Below are positions 57,169-64,000 of a stretch of 64,000 bases of DNA, in pieces. Source of the DNA: Eledone cirrhosa (lineage: Eukaryota); NCBI GenBank assembly GCA_964016885.1, contig OZ024744.1, positions 58,528,001 through 58,592,000 on the forward strand. Direction: 5' to 3'. How positions within the stretch are numbered: the stretch's first letter is position 1; every line of letters starts with the position of its first letter. Under the pieces are notes generated by a model. It saw only the letters and a list, made by a program, of their open reading frames with translations, ran no database searches and was not told where the DNA came from. The position numbers and the translations under genes were made by a program.

Positions 57169-58968
57169 ATGGTTATACGCCCCATAATCAAGATGTCCCC
57201 AGATCTATGTGACAGTACAGAGGACCTCCTCAGCAGAATCAGTGAGTGCAACAAAAACAGGAACCTATCCAACTGCATAATAGGCAGCATGGACGTGGTG
57301 TCACTGTACCCATCCATTAACATTGATTTTGCTGTGAAAAGATGTGTAGAGATGATCATTGAGAGTGAGGTGGAGTTCTGCGACGTCGACACAGACGAAC
57401 TGGGCCTCCTACTTAGACTTACCTACGACACTGACTACCTAGATAGCCATGACCTTAGATGTTTCTGCCCTAGTAGACCTATAAGAGGTAGACCCCCCCC
57501 CCCCACCATAACCTCAATGGCAAAAAAGACTCCCATGGGAAGGTGGATTGGGTGTACCAAAGCTATACGGACCCCCCAAAACAATGATCAGGTAAGAAAA
57601 ATGGTCGCACATGCAATAGGGGCTAGTATCAAAACTACCCTAAAGGGCCACATATTTAAGTTCAATGAGAAAATCTACACCCAAAATGAGGGAGCAGCCA
57701 TCGGCGTCAGCATAGCTGGTGATGTTGCCAACCTTTTCAAGGTATGGTGGGAAAGGAGACTTAAAGATCTCCTTAATGAAAGCTCCATAGACCTCATCAT
57801 GTACTCTCGTTATGTAGACGATATCAATATAGTTATAAGAACACCCCCACTAGAGAGCACTAACAAGTTTGATTTAGAACGTAGCACGATGGAAAGCATC
57901 CAGCAGATAGCTAATTCCATACACCAGAGTATAACTGTAACTATCGACTTCCCTTCCAAACACCCTAACAATAGACTACCTGTATTAGACACAGAACTCT
58001 GGATTAACACTATAGACGAGAGAGCCCAAATTCTCCACTCACACTATGCTAAACCCATGGCCTCCAAATACCTGATACTCAAAAACTCAGCAATGTCCAG
58101 TAATGCTAAGTTTAATATTCTGATCGCAGATTTGGTACGAGTGATGAAGAATGTGTCCCGCATGTGCGACCCAACAGAAATGGAAAGACACATCCAACAC
58201 TTCATCAACCGCATGCAGTTCTCTGGCTACAACCAAAGAGACAGAGTCAGAGTATACGAAGGAGCCATGGAAAAGTATAAGACCCACATAGAACTGGACA
58301 TGAAAGGAATTTGCCCATTATACAGGAGCAAATCATGGAATAGCTTAGATAGGGCTAGACATAAGATAGGGAAAGCCACCTCATGGTACGACAACCAGAG
58401 ATACCAGAGTGTCATGTTCGTGGACGCCACCGCTGGAGGGAAATTAGCTAACCAGTGTAGAAAGGCCCTGAGAAGGACCAACTTAAAAATAAAGGTGGTA
58501 GAAAAGCCAGGAACCACCATAAAATCCCTGATCAGCAAAACCTACCCTTTTAAGAAAACCCACTGTACCAATAGGAAATGTATCATATGTAAGGTGAACC
58601 CCCGTATAAACTGTAAAACTAGAAACGTAGTCTATAGCATAAGATGTACAGAGGGTACTTGCAGAAACATGACAACAACATACATAGGTGAGACAGCTCG
58701 TAGCATAGGTGAAAGGATAGACCAACACTGGGGGGAACTAAAAGGACGAAAAAACGGGTCAGTACTATACGAACATGCTAGACAACAACATGACGGTAAC
58801 ATAGACAACATAGAAATTAGAATAATATCTAAACATAGAAATGACCCAGCAGATAGGCAAATCAGAGAGGCCAGTGAAATAGAAATTAGAAGACCAAAGC
58901 TAAACAGAAAGAATGAGTGGAATAACAACAACACCCAAACAAACAACACTGACCTAAGAGAAGTATAA
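57169..58968 (+). CDS. Open, 5'-truncated PLE family D ORF (RT plus Cys linker plus GIY-YIG with CCHH); element 57121-59536
   Basis: [70 protein letters not shown]. pLTR has an HHR at 59225-59266. Confidence 0.93.
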   Translation: MVIRPIIKMSPDLCDSTEDLLSRISECNKNRNLSNCIIGSMDVVSLYPSINIDFAVKRCVEMIIESEVEFCDVDTDELGLLLRLTYDTDYLDSHDLRCFCPSRPIRGRPPPPTITSMAKKTPMGRWIGCTKAIRTPQNNDQVRKMVAHAIGASIKTTLKGHIFKFNEKIYTQNEGAAIGVSIAGDVANLFKVWWERRLKDLLNESSIDLIMYSRYVDDINIVIRTPPLESTNKFDLERSTMESIQQIANSIHQSITVTIDFPSKHPNNRLPVLDTELWINTIDERAQILHSHYAKPMASKYLILKNSAMSSNAKFNILIADLVRVMKNVSRMCDPTEMERHIQHFINRMQFSGYNQRDRVRVYEGAMEKYKTHIELDMKGICPLYRSKSWNSLDRARHKIGKATSWYDNQRYQSVMFVDATAGGKLANQCRKALRRTNLKIKVVEKPGTTIKSLISKTYPFKKTHCTNRKCIICKVNPRINCKTRNVVYSIRCTEGTCRNMTTTYIGETARSIGERIDQHWGELKGRKNGSVLYEHARQQHDGNIDNIEIRIISKHRNDPADRQIREASEIEIRRPKLNRKNEWNNNNTQTNNTDLREV

Positions 58969-59535
58969 ATAAGTAAATAAAATAAGATAAATAAATACAT
59001 ACACAAGCACAATAACAACAAGCACATAAACACACACTAGTCACCCAGCAAACATAACACTATACACACTAGTCACACAGCAAACATAACACTATACACA
59101 CACGCAAATACATGCGCAAAGAAAACAAAATAAAATAAACAAACAAGCAAATAAATAAATAAATATATAGACAGACTGAATAAAAAATGGCGTAGACATA
59201 CAACACAACAGGAGGAAAATATAACACCACTGACGATGTTGCAGATGTGCAACGAAAGATTTATGTAAATTATGTAAACTATATATATATGTGTTTGTGT
59301 CTATATTGTATCTGTATTATTTTTGACCGTCGGTCAGTCAATGGCAACATTGAGGACCGAGTAAGTTAGATCGCAGATATAAAAGACAGCGAGAAGCGAA
59401 AACCAACCAGACAGTGAGTGTGTTCTGTTATTAATTCTGGCAATATTACACAAATATGACCCTCCCCAAGTATAACAATATTTGTTTCGACACACGATTT
59501 CATATAAAAAACCTCGCTAAACTAATTCATCGCTG

Positions 59536-59581
<46 letters not shown>

Positions 59582-59663
59582 GCTTCACTGACTGTCTGTC
59601 TGGCTCTCCTATCTGTCTGTCGGTTTGTATGTATGTATATAAATACTCACACATATATGTACG

Positions 59664-59691
<28 letters not shown>

Positions 59692-59695
<4 letters not shown>

Positions 59696-60673
59696 ACGGC
59701 GATGAATTAGTTTTGCGAGGTTTTTTATATGAAAATCCCTGATCAGCAAAACCTACCCTTTTAAGAAAACCCACTGTACCAATAGGAAATGTATCATATG
59801 TAAGGTAAACCCCCGGATAAACTGTAAAACTAGAAACGTAGTCTATAGCATAAGATGTACAGAGGGTACTTGCAGAAACATGACAACAACATACATAGGT
59901 GAGACAGCTCGTAGCATAGGTGAAAGGATAGACCAACACTGGGGGGAACTAAAAGGACGAAGAAACGGATCAGTACTATACGAACATGCCAGACAACAAC
60001 ACAACGGTAACATAGACAACATAGAAATTAGAATAATATCTAAACATAGAAATGAGCCAGCAGATAGGCAAATCAGAGAGGCCAGTGAAATAGAACTTAG
60101 AAGACCAAGACTAAACAGAAAGAATGAATGGAATAACAACAACACCCAAACAAACAACACTGACCTAAGAGAAGTATAAATAAGTAAACAAAATAAAATA
60201 AAATAAATAAATAAATAAATAAATAAATAAATACACAAGCACATAAACACACACTAGTCCCCCAATCATGAACACACATCACACATCAAACAAAACACTA
60301 TACACACACGCAAACGCATGCGCAAAGGAGACAAAATAAAATAAACAAACAAGCAAATAAATAAATAAATATATAGACAGACTGAATAAAAATGGCGTAG
60401 ACATACAATACAACGGGAGGAAATAATAGCACCACTGAAGATGTTGCAGATGTGCAACGAAAGATTTATGATAAACTATATATATGTGTTTGTGTCCATA
60501 TTGTATCTGTATTATTTTTGACCGTCGGTCAGTCAATGGCAACATTGAGGACCGAGTATATTAGATTACCGATATAAAAGACACAGAAGCGAGAAGCGAA
60601 AAGCAACCAAACAGTGAGTGTGTTCTGTTATTAATTCTGGCAATATTACACAAGTATGACCCTCCCTAAGTAT

Positions 60674-60679
<6 letters not shown>
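59692..60679 (+). mobile_element. PLE family D 3' fragment with ~40-bp inverted tail
   Basis: 59692-59733 is the reverse complement of the pLTR end; plus arm 59733-60679. HHR CTGAAGA-t-GTTGCA-gatg-TGCAAC-GAAA at 60430-60473. Confidence 0.88.
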
Positions 60680-60736
<57 letters not shown>

Positions 60737-60819
60737 TACTAACATACATACATGCATACATACATACATACATGCATACACACACACACAGCACACAGAC
60801 ACACACACACATACATACA

Positions 60820-60853
<34 letters not shown>

Positions 60854-60914
60854 CATACATACATACATACATACATACATACATACATACATACATACAT
60901 ACATACATACATAC

Positions 60915-62683
60915 AAATCTTGAGGAGCTAGGCTTCACAGGAACAGAAAGAACACAACTAGTTAGGAAATTACAAGTACAATCCATTAATGGAACAGTAA
61001 AAATATGTAAAACATTCCAAGAATTTTGCATCTAATAACTGCATATACACATGTACAGATACAAAGCATATACACATGCACACATACAACTCAAAACATA
61101 CACATCCACACATACAATAACATCCATATCTACACATGCATGCATACATACATATCTACCTAGCTGACGTTGTGTAAATTCCAATGAGAGAGTCTTGTGT
61201 CTATGTTAGAAACCGACTCTCTCTCTATTGGGAAAACTTTGTGAAATTATAAAACGAGAAGAACATACATATATACATACAAACATATATACATTCATAC
61301 ATACGTACCGAGTAGTTGATGTTGGAACTCGAAAAATACTAAACAACACCGGAAACTTCCACATCAACAGTGACATAGACCACCTTTACTTGAAACGTAA
61401 GCAGGGAGGCAGAGGCCTAACATCAGTCCAGACAGCAGTTGAATGTCGCATCATATCCCTCCGACAACATCTACGAACCTCGAAGCGTGGGACCCCGTTT
61501 CTCGAGCAAGTCTATCTGGATAAAACAGATAAGATCATGAGAGTTGGGAAGGAACTCCTCGAGAGATATTCCCTGTGTGATAATCAAAAACTCACACCCA
61601 GGGATGTCGCTCAGCAGTATCGCAGTGAATCCATGGATGAAAAACTGCATGCTTATCAGCAAAAAATCATGCATGGATATGTTGCCAGGAAGCTCCAGAG
61701 TGAGAGTAGTATAGAAAGTAGTCTATCTTGGACCAACAACCGCTATATTGGCTCCCACTTTGAAGAATACGCTTTTGCAATCCAGGAACAGGAGATTAGC
61801 ACGAAATACCTGATTCACAAAAGAGATAGGGATGCAGGCAAAACACCTAGATGTGATAACAAGTGCAGACTCTGTAGAACTAACATCGAGGATATCACCC
61901 ATGTCATCAGCAGCTGTTCAAAGATGTCATCGCGGTACTATCTACCTATGAGGCATGATGTAGTGGCCAAAACACTGTACAATGCAATCTGTAGAAAAGA
62001 TAGCCCCGATAATAAACACATTAAAAGCTATAGCAATGTGGAAGACACCCATGTACATAGTATGAAGAGTACTGGTGGAATATTCCAGTAAAAACCCCAA
62101 TAAAATACAGGCATAACAGACCAGATATTATGATATGGGACAGGGAGAAGAAAACATGCACAGTAGTGGAAATTAGCTGCCCAGCAGATGCCAATATAAT
62201 ATCAAAGATTAGTGAAAAGGAGAATATTTATGCAGAACTGATGAGAAATCTGCAGATACTCCACACTGATTACACCTTCAGATTTATGCCTGTGATTATT
62301 GAGGCACTGGGGTATGTTAGTAACTGCCTCAATACAAATCTTGAGAAGCTAGGCTTCACAGGAACAGAAAGAACACAACGAGTTAGGAAATTACAAGTAC
62401 AATCCATTAATGGAACAGTAAAAAATATGTAAAACATTCGAAACATTTTGCATCTAACAACTGCATATACACATGTACAGATGCAAAGCATATACACATG
62501 CACACATACAACTCAAAACATACACATCCACACATACAATAACATCCATATCTACACATGCATGCATACATAATCTACCTAGTTGATGTTGTGTAAATTC
62601 CAATGAGAGAGTCTTGTGTCTATGTTAGAAACCGACTCTCTCTTTATTGGGAAAAACTTTGTGAAATTATAAAACCAGAAGAA
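60915..62683 (+). mobile_element. Two tandem 5'-truncated R4/Dong-like family 1 copies (60915-61263 and 61309-62683)
   Basis: LYLKRKQGGRGL, CRLC..THVISSC, RHD, RPDI, EISCP; frameshifts near 62060 and 62420; (CATA)n flanks. Confidence 0.9.
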
Positions 62684-62786
62684 CATACATATATACATAC
62701 ATGCATGCATGCATACATACATACATACATACATACATACATACATACATACATACATACATACATACATACATACATACATACAT

Positions 62787-63841
62787 GGTGGCTGCCAACT
62801 CGTTGTCGAGTACGGCCACTACTTTATATCCATGTAGGAGAACTCCTACCGATGCGCTGAACGAGTGTGACTTTTTAGTCCAGCCAGCGACTTGAAAACT
62901 CTGGTACAAACACTACACTTGTGACAATTATTGACACATAGTGCTGGGCTCATGGTACCATGTGACGACAAGTGCAGAGAGATCTCCAGATATAAAGCAA
63001 TGCCTGTGCCGTGAAGCTTTTATAGTGAGCAAAGGCACTGCACAAATCCAGTCCCACTCTCTTAACCAAGATGATATTTACCAAAAAGAACAAGTCAACA
63101 TCATTGGATACCATCAGGGTTTCATGTGTTATATCAGTTTTCCTTCTCCTAGAATTCTGCCTTGACAAAGGCTAAGGGGTCATCTCACCCGGTGATTTTG
63201 GATGGCCATTGACTCTTAAGAGCTCCTTTTCCCTTTAACAGGTTTTGTTTTTAGTCCTGCAGGATGTCCAAAGTCACCCTCATCACCAAGAAACCTTGGT
63301 GGGGCTGCTAGTTTAGTCGCCAACGACCCGACCATGAGACAGGTTGTACTGGGATACATGTTACCAGTAGCACCAACTGGTGACCTGACACAAATACATA
63401 CATACATACATACATACATACATACATACATACATACATACATACATACATACATACATACATACATACATACATACATAGTGGCTGCCAACTCATTTTC
63501 GAGTACGGCCACTACTTTATATCCATGTAGGAGAACCCCTACCGATGCGCTGAACGAGTGTGACTTTTTAGTCCAGCCAGCGACTTGAAAACTCTGGTAC
63601 AAACACTACACTTGGACAATTATTGACACTTAGTGCTGGGGCCATGGTACCATGTGACGACAAGTGCAGAGAGATCTCCAGATATAAAGCAATGCCTGAG
63701 CCGTGAAGCTTTTATAGTGAGCAAAGGCACTGCACAAAGCCAGTCCTACTCTCTTAACCAAGATGATATTTACCAAAAAGAAGAACAAGTCAACATCATT
63801 GGATACCATCAGGGTTGCAGGTGTTATATCAGAGTTTTCCT
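62787..63841 (-). mobile_element. Two tandem copies of the ~600-bp non-autonomous repeat (62787-63389 full, 63481-63841 truncated)
   Basis: Match 755-1345; separated and flanked by (CATA)n. Confidence 0.88.
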
Positions 63842-64000
63842 ACATACATACATACATACATACATACATACATACATACATACATACATACATACATACA
63901 TACATACATACATACATACATACATACATACATACATACATACATACATACGTATACACCATCCATACAATTACCACATGGATTCGAACCAATAAACTCA

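Overview
AT-rich eukaryotic DNA saturated with microsatellites ((TA)n, (TACA)n, (TG)n, (GA)n, (TAA)n). The repeat content points to an animal, most plausibly an octopus or other cephalopod (inference). I see no host gene. The window is a nested pile of retroelements: Penelope-like elements (PLEs; RT plus C-terminal GIY-YIG, Neptune-like and Hydra-like), R4/Dong-like REL LINEs in (TACA)n/(TAA)n, a Tx1/L1 LINE, RTE and CRE fragments, tRNA-derived SINEs, a ~600-bp non-autonomous repeat, a hAT MITE and a Helentron-like insert. The most notable signal is non-coding. Reading both strands by eye, I find roughly 25 type I hammerhead ribozyme (HHR) motifs, intact or decayed, from about ten families. 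Most have a family-specific palindromic stem III. Many sit in tail-out inverted (fold-back) insertions, the largest about 9 kb. At least four ORF-less, terminally redundant 490-620 nt units in (TA)n look like retrozymes mobilised by PLEs; HHR support is strong for one, partial for two and weak for one. A shared ACTC..GAGT hairpin motif follows the HHR in several unrelated families. All structures were read manually, coordinates of repeat boundaries are approximate, and no ribozyme activity is demonstrated.
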